A stretch of DNA of 64,000 nt from a virus (Duplodnaviria; Caudoviricetes): positions 64,001-128,000 of the IMG/VR virus record IMGVR_UViG_3300033463_000025. The stretch is one strand, 5' to 3'. The notes beneath the pieces are model-generated. The model did not search any database. It had not been told where the DNA came from and saw only the letters and a program-made list of their open reading frames with translations. The translations under genes were made by a program, and so were the position numbers. Shown one piece after another: positions 48,756 through 58,277 of this stretch. Within the stretch, counting starts at the first letter, position 1. The number at the start of each line of letters is the position of its first letter.

Positions 48756-49052
48756 TCAAATTGTAAAAGCCTGCCCAATCTGCTCATAGTCAGTAGCAAT
48801 AAATGGTTTCTGAAGATATGCTTCGATGCCGTTCATCAGAGCCTTCTCGATTGCGTCCTCATTATACTTGCCCTGTTTGTAACTATAGCCCCAGCGAAAA
48901 ATCTTCATCAGCTCCGCAACTTTTTCAGCGGTAGTGCTCTTGTCAAAAACTCTTTTTAAAAAATCACAGTGCGCCAGCGCATAGTTATAAGCGATTTTCT
49001 GTTCGGCTGAACATACTCTAATGCTAACTTTAGATATTTTGTGCAACTTCAT
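48756..49052 (-). CDS. hypothetical protein
   Basis: ATG 49052 with GGGAG RBS; own promoter and terminator. Confidence 0.7.
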   Translation of the reverse strand: MKLHKISKVSIRVCSAEQKIAYNYALAHCDFLKRVFDKSTTAEKVAELMKIFRWGYSYKQGKYNEDAIEKALMNGIEAYLQKPFIATDYEQIGQAFTI

Positions 49053-49348
49053 TTTGGTTTGCTCCCTTCGGTTTATTACAATCGTATTGTAGCACGTCCG
49101 CGTTATTTTGTCAAGATATTTTCCGCTATTCATTACTTTTTAATATCAGCGTTTTCTGCTCTCCGTGCGGTCGGCAAAGAGTTTTAATTTTGCAAAATCA
49201 TATTTTTCTGTTGCTCCTGCGGATGCCAGCACAGAAATTTTCCATTTTTCAAAATTAAGATTTTCCGTTACTAATAAGCAATAAGAAAAACGCCGCCTGT
49301 TGGCGACGTTCTTCTTCTGCTCAACTATATCTTTTCTCTTTAGGAGGA

Positions 49349-49681
49349 TTAATCTATTGTACGGTAAAAATAATCGAGCTGTTCACCCTTCAGATTTTCC
49401 CTTGCATAATTGTCGGCGGTCTCCCAGAGTTCATTGTAAACTTCCGCGTAGGCTTTATGCCCTGCGTTATAATGCTCCCAAATTTTCCAATTAAGAGCCA
49501 TTACTAACTCTGTTAAGTAGATGTGGTTATTTTTCCAAGCTCTCATCGCTCTGCGGTAAGTGTCGCGGATTGCGGGGATGCCGAATCGGTCAGCGATAGA
49601 AAAGTCCATGTAGAAAGTAGTCTGAGGCTTGTAACCTGTGATTGCCTCGATATTCCAGTCTTTGTAAGTCATTGTAGCCAT
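49349..49681 (-). CDS. hypothetical protein
   Basis: TTFYMDFSIADRFG...YLTELVMALNWKIWEHY; single-gene cassette. Confidence 0.8.
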   Translation of the reverse strand: MATMTYKDWNIEAITGYKPQTTFYMDFSIADRFGIPAIRDTYRRAMRAWKNNHIYLTELVMALNWKIWEHYNAGHKAYAEVYNELWETADNYARENLKGEQLDYFYRTID

Positions 49682-50021
49682 TTGTCAAATCTCCTTTGTT
49701 ATAGTTTATTTTGTCTTTTGACAACCTTATTATAACAAATAGGTTTTTATTTGTCAAGATATTTTCCGCTATTTAATAATTTTTAATATTGCGTTTTTCT
49801 GTTGCCATGGTTCTGTCGCGGCTCGCCCAGCGCAAGGAATCTTTGTTTTTCAAAATCACGATTTTCTGTGGAGCTTCAACAGAAAAATCAAATTTTCCAA
49901 AATAAAGAATTATAGCGCGGTCGCGCAGAAAAGTGGGATATTTCAAAATCAAGTTTTCCGTTTACTATTAGCGGCAAAAAAAACAACCCGCCTTTCGGCG
50001 GGTCTGCTTTTGTGTTTTTCC

Positions 50022-50516
50022 TTATGCTGTAATTCTCGCTTGCTCTTCGGTCTCAACTTCCTGACTGCCCCAAAGATTTCTAATTTCATTCATTGTATAG
50101 GTTTTCTTGCCCTTCTTCACATAGTCCTCAGTGTGATAATACCATGCAGACTTGTTTTTGCTCCATCTGAACTTTAATTCCTTCAAGATTTCCTTGTACG
50201 GTTTAGTGTTACCAGAGAGCCAGAGCCACGAGCCGCAAATCTCAATAAGCACGTTTTCAAAGTGAATCAGCTTGTTGATGATTTCGATAAATTCAGCAGG
50301 CTTTTCCTTTACCTCGGTGTCGGTCGTGTAGACTTCACCCTTCGCGTTGGTGTGGGTATTCTTGAGCAGGTGGAATAATGTCTGATACTCGTTGTTGATT
50401 TCTTTCATGTCCTGTTCAAGTCCGCCAATGTCGGGATGATGCTCCATCGCTAACTTGCGGTACTGCTTCTTCAGCTCTTCCAGTGTACGCGGATTTTCAA
50501 ACCATTTTGTTCTCAT
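50022..50516 (-). CDS. DnaJ (J-domain) protein
   Basis: ELKKQYRKLAMEHHPD.GG....MKEINNEY. Confidence 0.88.
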   Translation of the reverse strand: MRTKWFENPRTLEELKKQYRKLAMEHHPDIGGLEQDMKEINNEYQTLFHLLKNTHTNAKGEVYTTDTEVKEKPAEFIEIINKLIHFENVLIEICGSWLWLSGNTKPYKEILKELKFRWSKNKSAWYYHTEDYVKKGKKTYTMNEIRNLWGSQEVETEEQARITA

Positions 50517-50872
50517 AATGACAACTCCTTTAAAAATATTTTATTGTCTTTTGACATCTATATTATAATGCCGCCCGTTCGTATTGTCAAGTATTTTTGC
50601 TGTGTTTATTGATTTTTAATATTTCATTTTTCTGTCCTGGTGCCTCGGTCGCCAGAGCGTCCGCAGGTCAGCAGGATTGCTTTGTTTTTCAATATTGAGA
50701 TTTTTTGCTGAAGCTCCGCCTCGCGGTCGCTGGATTCCTTTATTTTGCAAAATCAAGAAAAACTGTTGCTCCCCAGCACGGGAGAACAGAAAAGTATAAT
50801 TTTGAAAAATTAAGTTTTTCTGCGATGCCAGGCAAAAAGAAAAGCCGCCTCGGTCGGCGGCTCTCGCGTTGG

Positions 50873-51106
50873 TTAAATATCATACACTCCGTTCTCTTCT
50901 TGTCTCGCTAAGATAGCATCTTCATAATCAGGATAACTACAATTATAAGCGTTATAAGGTGAAGTCTTATAGCCTCTCAATCCATCGGTGCAAATCTTGC
51001 CGTTCGTGATAGCGTAACAGTTATTACACAGTCCATCGCAAATCTGATTCTTCCATTTACATTTAGTGCCGTAAATATCTTTTACATAGTCTGGTATAAT
51101 AGTCAT
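50873..51106 (-). CDS. small Cys-rich hypothetical protein
   Basis: ATG 51106 with AAGGAGG RBS. Confidence 0.6.
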   Translation of the reverse strand: MTIIPDYVKDIYGTKCKWKNQICDGLCNNCYAITNGKICTDGLRGYKTSPYNAYNCSYPDYEDAILARQEENGVYDI

Positions 51107-51120
51107 TGTTATAACCTCCT

Positions 51121-51390
51121 TTATATGTATTGAAGTCTTTTTAATCCCCAATCAGTTATTCTTTCTTTAACGTATTTTAATTCCCAATCTTCAAAACCCT
51201 CTTTGAATAAGTAGCCGAAAATCATCAAGGAATAATCAACTGCATCTTCAAATTGTAAAAACGGGTCGAATCTGTTAATCTCTTCGCCTGTCTCGTGTCC
51301 TTCGTGCATTAAGCAAACGAGGCAAGCGATTAGCTTTTCCGTATTAAGTGTATAAATACTTGCTCTTTCTTGAATTTCTTTTGTAGTCAT
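51121..51390 (-). CDS. hypothetical protein
   Basis: ATG 51390 with AAGGAG RBS; own promoter. Confidence 0.7.
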   Translation of the reverse strand: MTTKEIQERASIYTLNTEKLIACLVCLMHEGHETGEEINRFDPFLQFEDAVDYSLMIFGYLFKEGFEDWELKYVKERITDWGLKRLQYI

Positions 51391-52310
51391 AATCAAAATC
51401 TCCTTTGACAAATTTATTGTGGTTATAATATATCATAGACTTTGATATGCTGTCAAGTATTTTCAGTAAATCTATTAATTTTTAATATTCAAGTTTTCTG
51501 TTGCTCCTTCCCTGGTGCATGGTGCTTCAGGTTTCCTTTGTTTTGCAAAATTCAATTTTTCCGTTATACCCATATGCACGGTAGCAATTAATCTTTATTT
51601 TTCAAAATTAAGATTTATTGTTTACTCTCCACTGGTTGATGCAGAAATTATCCATATTGAAAAATATTGTTTTTTTGAATAATAGTATTTTCCTCTGGTC
51701 AGATAACTTGTCATATATTGCAAATTATCTTTTATATCGCCGTTTAACTTGCAGTATTTTACAAATTAACTACAATGGTTTTTCTCGCGTCCTCTCGCGC
51801 TCTCTGTCTCTGTTTTACGCTTTAATAATATCCAGTTATTCTTTTATTGATTCGTTCAATACAGGGCAATTCTCGCAATAATAAAGCTATGGTTTCACGG
51901 CTCAAATTTTCCATCAAGGGCAGGCAGTAAAAGAAGATTCAAATTTTCCATCAAGGCGGATGCTCCAAACTCTTTAACCTCGGTGATACAATAAATCTTT
52001 ATTTTTCAAAATTATATTTTTCTGTTGCATTATCTTTTCCATAGTCGCCAATGAATATGATGTTATATAGTATATTATATCTTCCTCTTTTTTCCTCTTC
52101 CCTCTCTCGCTCGCCGTTCCACTGGTTGCCGTCCGCGTTTTCCTTGCTCGCCGTCGGTCGGTCAGAATTTCCCAATATTGCAAAATGAATTTTTCCAAAG
52201 TCGCCATAACAGATAATTATAATTTTCCAATATAGTGAATTTTTGTTCAGTGAAGTTTTCTTCAGCATAAGTAAAGCCCCGCAGGATTTTCCCGCAGGGC
52301 TGTCGGTCGG

Positions 52311-52613
52311 TTAGGCTGTTTTCTTTTTCCTCGGCTCAAATTTTCCTATTGCCAGCATAAAGCCAATAATAAATATTATTACTATAGCAGTAATATCTGT
52401 TTTTCCGTTCACCGTGTCAAGTATTCCACTAAATGATAATAGGATTGCAGAAGTCATAACAATTATTCCAGCCAGCCGCGTATAACGTGCAAGTCGTTTT
52501 TTTCTTTTGCTTTCTAACTTTCTTCGGCGGCTCTTGCGCTGAAGCTCAAGAAATTTCCGCCTCTCGTCAAGTCTGATATTTTCCAAGTCAAGGTCGTTTA
52601 AATAGTAGGTCAT
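52311..52613 (-). CDS. membrane protein with two transmembrane helices
   Basis: Basic stretch then two hydrophobic helices; single-gene cassette. Confidence 0.7.
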   Translation of the reverse strand: MTYYLNDLDLENIRLDERRKFLELQRKSRRRKLESKRKKRLARYTRLAGIIVMTSAILLSFSGILDTVNGKTDITAIVIIFIIGFMLAIGKFEPRKKKTA

Positions 52614-53047
52614 AATTTCCAGCTCCTTTGATTTCTGTTTGGTTTCTGTTTGTCTTTTGACATTTTCCATTATAATGCCGTAAAAGAATTTTGTCAAGAT
52701 ATTTTCCGTAAATCATTATTTTTTAATATCAAATTTTCCTGTTTGTCACAGCTCAAATTTTCCAAAATGATTGCCTGGTCAGATTTTCCTTCTTGACATC
52801 TTCCGCCAAGCAATATATGATTATTTTTAGAAATTGAAATTTTCTGCTTGCTCAGGTTGCTCCGCCGCAAATTTCCGCGATTTTGAAAAATAAAGAAATT
52901 CTGTAGGGACGCAGGCTGAAGCCAGGGAGAAGCCACAGAAAAAGATAATTTTGCAAAATTGAAAATTTTTGCGGATGCAGGCGGCTCAGACGCAGAAAAA
53001 TTGAATTTTGAAAAATAAAGTTTTTCTGCGGGAGCACAAAAAAAAAT

Positions 53048-53066
53048 GACCCGCCTTTCGGCGGGT
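53048..53066 (-). terminator. intrinsic terminator; near-identical copies near 43817, 47652, 49985
   Basis: ACCCGCC-TTTC-GGCGGGT hairpin (GAAA loop on the minus strand) followed by a U-tract. Confidence 0.8.
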
Positions 53067-53078
53067 CTGTCGGTCTGA

Positions 53079-53957
53079 TTAGCGGCTGATGTACTTGTTG
53101 TAGATTTTGACTAACTTCTGAGCTGTGACCTGTGCTTTGTGCTTCCTGTAGCTGGTCTTGTTGGGGTATCTGGTGCTGTCCTTCGGCTCGTCGTTGAAGT
53201 GCAGGATGAAGTTGTTGATGATTGCGTCAACCATCTCGGTACAACATTTCGCCGCCTTCATGTACTGCTTCGCGCTGATGAACTTGCAGATTCTGAACTC
53301 GATTCTGTTGTCGTGCTGGAGGTTGATGAAGTTGCGGTGCTCGCTCGCGCTGGTGTACACGCTATAGCCGCAAGCCCAGCCGCCCAGTGCTCTTCCGAAC
53401 AGCTCTGCTGTTGCTGTCCTGTTAGCTTCCATCGCTTCGGTGAGCGGTACGAACAGGCTGTTGCAGAATCGGCGGATATAGTCAACGGTGACTTCGTTGA
53501 TGTGCTCTGTGTCGCCTATGTTCAAGTGAGTGCCGCAGTTGCTGTGGATGGTGTTGAAGTCGCCTGTTGCGTTGAGTCGCTCGACGGTCTCGCAGTCCTT
53601 GCTCAGTGCGTTGAGTCCGCGATAGATAGCAGTCTTGTACTCGATAGCAACAGTGCTGTCAGAAGTCGCCAGCCAGCCGCGCCCCAGGAACTCGATTCTT
53701 GCGCGCTCTGAGTCAGCCATAGACTCAAATTCAACGCCGTAGGTTTTGTTGTTGGCTTTGACTTTGCCGTGAATAGTCGTAGACTCAGCGTAGTAGCTGT
53801 CACGCCTGGAGGCGCAGTACGGACACAGGTACGCCGCGCCCATGCCGTGAGCGTCCGCGTATAAGCCGCCGCGGTCGTTTTTGTAGACGCGAACCATGCG
53901 CTCTACGTTGTCAGTGTGATGGCAGTTAGGATTGATACAGGTTGCAGTGATTTTCAT
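53079..53957 (-). CDS. putative amidoligase (COOH-NH2 ligase) family protein
   Basis: YGVEFE, DSTV..EYKT, CGTHLNIG, RIEFR motifs. Confidence 0.85.
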   Translation of the reverse strand: MKITATCINPNCHHTDNVERMVRVYKNDRGGLYADAHGMGAAYLCPYCASRRDSYYAESTTIHGKVKANNKTYGVEFESMADSERARIEFLGRGWLATSDSTVAIEYKTAIYRGLNALSKDCETVERLNATGDFNTIHSNCGTHLNIGDTEHINEVTVDYIRRFCNSLFVPLTEAMEANRTATAELFGRALGGWACGYSVYTSASEHRNFINLQHDNRIEFRICKFISAKQYMKAAKCCTEMVDAIINNFILHFNDEPKDSTRYPNKTSYRKHKAQVTAQKLVKIYNKYISR

Positions 53958-55061
53958 AGCTAATCTCCTTTGCTTTGGCTCCCGTCGTGGGAGGCGGTTT
54001 GTTGTGCTTTCGACACCATTATCTTAGCACGAGCCGCGCCCAGATGTCAAGCTAAATTTTGCAAAATCCTGATTTTTTGCTTATATTCGTGCAATTTGAA
54101 CAGTTGACACGGTTTATTTTTGCGGTCTTTTGTGCAATATTCACAAAGCCTCTTTCGTCAATTTGCACAATTAGCAGGTAGGTTATTTGTGCAGTTTGCT
54201 ATCTGTCATCGCCCTGGTGCCTGAGCGCGAACACGGGCGTAAATTTGCTATTAGTTTTATTATAATAACATAATTTGCACAAAAATTTTGGTCTGTCGCA
54301 AGCCCTGGTGAAGTCGTCAAAGTACGAAAAACGGTACTCTGAAAAGCGAGAAAATGTGAAGATTTTTCACCAAAACGAACCAGACGAAAAAAGACAGGAG
54401 AGCTATTTAAAATTTATTTTAAATAGCTCAACTTCGGTGGATGTGAAAATTTTTCACCACTTCCCGAAGCAAAAAATCTTGATTTTTCAAAATCAAGAAA
54501 TTCTGATGAAATCCCTGTTTTATTACCTACGGTAATAACTCTCGGTAACTGAAGGTTTTGCAAAAGGCTACAGTTACCACGGAATTATGACGGTTAGCTT
54601 TAGCTAACCGCTCACGAACCAACCTACGACGGGGGTAGGTTTACATCTCCAACCTTTCTTCTACCCTTAAACCTCTTAATAGGAGCTATCCCCTAAACTC
54701 CCAAAAATTCACTTCTCTCCGATTCTCTTTTCCTTATTCCTCACTATCCCAAAAAATGATAGGTTGCAACTTAAAAACGAAGCCACAAACCGAATAAAAA
54801 TAACCTACCGTAAAAATGGCAGGTTGATTTTTCTCATCGGCTGATGCTCGGCAAAGCCGTAAAATACAGGTCGAAGGTTTATTCTTTTAGCTTATACCCT
54901 TAATTTAACTTGCAAGCTGTAAAAGTCTGATATAATTATACGCCCGAAAATTGAGTAATCGGGCTTAATTTTTTACCTCGTGTTTCTTGTGGTTTGGAAT
55001 AGGATTGCCAGCTTTTTGATTCAAATTCAGCTCGAATTTGCAAAATTGAATTTCCGAAGTG

Positions 55062-55153
55062 GACGTACCTATTATCAACTTTAGTTAATTATTATATTAG
55101 TTAATAATCTCAAGTTGATAATAGGTTATATAGTATATGATTATATTAGATAT
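55062..55153. repeat. right copy of long inverted repeat (partner 29110-29204)
   Basis: Reverse complement of the left copy; same internal palindrome. Confidence 0.9.
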
Positions 55154-55297
55154 AATAATTAACTAATAAGGTATTCTATTATAATATATTATATATACCT
55201 ATATATATGTCATTTTTGGCGTGAGTTTGTACGCAAGTTTGGCGTGTTTTTGTTTTCAGAAATACGCAACTTTTTATAAAATATTTTTATTATACTA

Positions 55298-55325
55298 TTG
55301 ACATTTGCTGTAATTGTGATATAAT
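55298..55325 (+). promoter_or_regulatory. sigma-A-type promoter upstream of the RNA polymerase gene
   Basis: TTGACA 55298-55303, TATAAT 55320-55325. Confidence 0.7.
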
Positions 55326-55478
55326 ATTAGTGGAGGAACGTCTACTTTTTCTCCCTGTGGCTTCTGTGCCACATTTATTTTGAGTTATAACATATTTTTA
55401 TTGAACAATAAAGTTTTGTTATTATGTGCTGTTGGCACATCTGTAAAGAACGAAAGAACGAATGGAGGTGGATAGCCG

Positions 55479-58277
55479 TTGGAACAGAAGGCGAGCTTAA
55501 AGCTGATTTATAAATTGCACACTTCTCAATTAAAGAAGGCTAAGTGGAATTTGACCCTACCCCTTACTGTTGCTATGCGTGACTATCCTGAGAACGTGGT
55601 ATCAATAAGCGATAGCCAACTGCTTCGCTTTATTGACGAACTTAATGGAGTAGTAGACTATGACGTTAAAGTTAAGTCGCTTCAGAACAGAATTAAGCGT
55701 GAAAAGAAAAGAGCTAAGACCGCTACGGACTTAGCCAAATGCAGAGCGAACATTAGAAGTTTGTATGAACAGCTCTATTCTTTGCAATTCCAACCTGACT
55801 ATCTCTGTGTGGTGATGGATAAACCAAAGGACTACGATAAGGCTGAACTCGGATTTAAAGTAAACGGCATTTCATATAAGCGTTTTCTCGGAACGAACGG
55901 CGGAGTTAAAAAGCGTACTATCACCTACGTTAATGTGAAATTGTATGATGAGCTTAAACGGCGAATGGATAACGGACGAAATATGAATGTCCCTCTTGTA
56001 CCTGCAAAGCTCGAAGCCTATCAAGGCTTGCTGTGTTCTGGCTCTACCCCTATTCCTGAACCTGCTGGCATTATTGTTGTTAAAGATTGCATCACGCATT
56101 TCAAAGATAACGTGATAATGATTAATGACGAACAGGCAGGCGACCCCGTTTTAACTAAGGTTGACGGTTACGAGGTCGAACACAATGATTCTGACGGATA
56201 TGGTTTAATGCTCCCATCTTATTCTCGTAAGGTCAATAAATATCTTACTGGCGTTGACGACACCATATCGGGTATGAATACTCGATACGCATGGACTAAG
56301 GGCATGGTTTACACCTTCGACTTTGTTGAGTTTGCGGAACAGGTTGCAGACACATACGAGATTGTTGACGTTTGGGGAACAAAGCGTGACGTTCGTAATG
56401 CGGAGGTCATACTTACGGAATCCATGCTCAAGCTGTGGGATAGTTATGATAGCTGGGAGGACTTCTACCGTAACTGTCAAGAAAACCATTACCAATTCTC
56501 TACTCCAAAGATAACGCCTGATAAATTAGAGAACGTTCGCAATACAAATTATCAATTCCTTCAAAGCTATGAATTTACGGACGAGGAACTTCAAGAACTT
56601 TGCAAACCAACGATTGACGAGATTGCTGACGTATTAGGACTTGACTATCGCAAGAGCTTAACATTTCTTGCTGGCTTTGGTCTTAATATCAATAACGTTA
56701 TGTGTGGTGAACTTGACCCTTGCATTAAAGCGTTGATGATTGACCGCCGTTTGATTAATGACTCTTATATTCGCCACAAGATTTGGAACATGATAATGAA
56801 GCGTATAGAAATGGCAAAACGCGGCGCAATTAAGATTGACGCTAACTTTGCTATGATTTCTGGCGACCCCTATGCTTTGGCACAAAGTATGTTTGGGATT
56901 GAAATTACTGGTCTGCTTAAAGCTGGGGAACTTTATCACAAGTATTGGATTGATAAGGGCGCAACAGAGCTTGCTTGTTTCCGCGCTCCGATGACGTGTC
57001 ACAATAACGTTCGCAAACTGCGTTTGGCAAATACGGAACAGATGGCGCATTGGTATCAATATATCAAGACGGCTATTATTCTTAATGCGTGGGACACTAC
57101 TTGCGACGCTATGAACGGTTCGGACAAGGACGGCGATACAAACATGGACACGGATAATCCCATAATCTTGAAGCGCACAAGAAATGACCCTACTATCATT
57201 TGCGTCCAACGTAAGGCTGAAAAGAAAATCGTAGAAGAGTGTGACTTTATTTCTGCGAACAAACTTGCCTTTAATGACGACATTGGTACGGTTACGAATT
57301 ATGTGACCTCGATGTTTGAAGTCAGAGCAGGATTTGAAAAAGGAACACTTGAGTACGAAGAACTTACATACCGCATTATGTGTGGGCAACTCCTTCAGCA
57401 AAATTGTATTGACCGCGCAAAAGGAATTATTGCAAAGTCTATGCCTGAGTATTGGTACAGTATAAGAGATAATCTGCCTAAAGACGGTGACGATGCAGAT
57501 ACTTTGAAGCGCAAAGAATTTGACCTTAGAATATCTGCGGCTCATAAACCCTATTTTATGACCTATGTATATCCTCGACTGAGAACACGCAATCGGCAGT
57601 ATATGTCTAACAATGACTATGGTGCTGTTATGCGCTTTGGCGAATACGGTATAGACTCCATTAGTGACTTATATTCTTATTCGCCCAAGACTCCTGAAAT
57701 GGTTGATTATTTGTACCACTACGAGGATAACGTAACTGTGGGATATAACCCTTGTGTGGTAAACCGTATCTGCTGGATATTTGAAAAGCGTTTTAATAAC
57801 TACCTTCGTAAAGAACCGCCTGCGGCTCACTTTGATTCTAACTCTTTGAAAAGCGGAGAGCAGTATAGCCGCGCTAATTATGATTCTATTTTGAAGTTGC
57901 ACAAAGAATATCAGAATCGAATAATCAATATTCAAAGCAACGCATCAGCCGAGAAAGACGATAATGACCTGTCTGTTCGTATGCAGTTTGATATTTTGGC
58001 AAGAGAGTTTAGACGCGAGTGTGAACAAATCTGTCCTAATGAAAATGAGCTTTGCGATATTATTATCGACATTTGCTATTCCAAAGAAGGCTCAAAACAA
58101 TTCGTATGGGATATGTGTGGAGAAACTATCGTGACAAACTTACTTAAAAAGTTTGATGGAATTTACCACTATCCCCAACATACTGACGATGATGAATACG
58201 ACTTTACATACTGCGGTGAACGTTTTGTGATGGTTGAAGGTAAGATGGAGGATGACGATGAGAATTATATTGAATGA
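55479..58277 (+). CDS. YonO-like single-subunit DNA-dependent RNA polymerase (RdRP-related two-barrel fold)
   Basis: 932 aa; SDGYG, KGMV, FRAP and catalytic NGSDKDGD (DxDGD); precedes late genes; GGAGG RBS with TTG start. Confidence 0.88.
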   Translation: MEQKASLKLIYKLHTSQLKKAKWNLTLPLTVAMRDYPENVVSISDSQLLRFIDELNGVVDYDVKVKSLQNRIKREKKRAKTATDLAKCRANIRSLYEQLYSLQFQPDYLCVVMDKPKDYDKAELGFKVNGISYKRFLGTNGGVKKRTITYVNVKLYDELKRRMDNGRNMNVPLVPAKLEAYQGLLCSGSTPIPEPAGIIVVKDCITHFKDNVIMINDEQAGDPVLTKVDGYEVEHNDSDGYGLMLPSYSRKVNKYLTGVDDTISGMNTRYAWTKGMVYTFDFVEFAEQVADTYEIVDVWGTKRDVRNAEVILTESMLKLWDSYDSWEDFYRNCQENHYQFSTPKITPDKLENVRNTNYQFLQSYEFTDEELQELCKPTIDEIADVLGLDYRKSLTFLAGFGLNINNVMCGELDPCIKALMIDRRLINDSYIRHKIWNMIMKRIEMAKRGAIKIDANFAMISGDPYALAQSMFGIEITGLLKAGELYHKYWIDKGATELACFRAPMTCHNNVRKLRLANTEQMAHWYQYIKTAIILNAWDTTCDAMNGSDKDGDTNMDTDNPIILKRTRNDPTIICVQRKAEKKIVEECDFISANKLAFNDDIGTVTNYVTSMFEVRAGFEKGTLEYEELTYRIMCGQLLQQNCIDRAKGIIAKSMPEYWYSIRDNLPKDGDDADTLKRKEFDLRISAAHKPYFMTYVYPRLRTRNRQYMSNNDYGAVMRFGEYGIDSISDLYSYSPKTPEMVDYLYHYEDNVTVGYNPCVVNRICWIFEKRFNNYLRKEPPAAHFDSNSLKSGEQYSRANYDSILKLHKEYQNRIINIQSNASAEKDDNDLSVRMQFDILAREFRRECEQICPNENELCDIIIDICYSKEGSKQFVWDMCGETIVTNLLKKFDGIYHYPQHTDDDEYDFTYCGERFVMVEGKMEDDDENYIE

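Larger units (their letters stand above)
31690..54060 (-). promoter_or_regulatory. family of about 17 repeated promoter modules (TTGACN-17/18-TATAAT-like, upstream ATATTAAAAA box, TGTCAAAAGACA leader)
   Basis: -35 hexamers start at + positions 31790, 36011, 38028, 39311, 39994, 41791, 43515, 45007, 46270, 47469, 48496, 49109, 49752, 50585, 51451, 52692, 54045. Confidence 0.9.

Noticed and set aside
51500-53040. Short ORFs 51618..51881, 51974..52207, 51999..52268, 52694..52936, 52852..53037
   Set aside because: They are translations of the repeated AT-rich boxes (recurring 'ILKN' and 'IFQN') and lack an RBS.
53139-53711. 190-aa plus-strand ORF and other antisense ORFs in the track (e.g. 56658..57545)
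   Set aside because: Shadow frames opposite well-supported genes.
31690-54560. CRISPR array or integron attC array
   Set aside because: Repeats are degenerate, irregularly spaced and coincide with promoters and terminators; there are no constant-length spacers, cas genes or attC-type R boxes.
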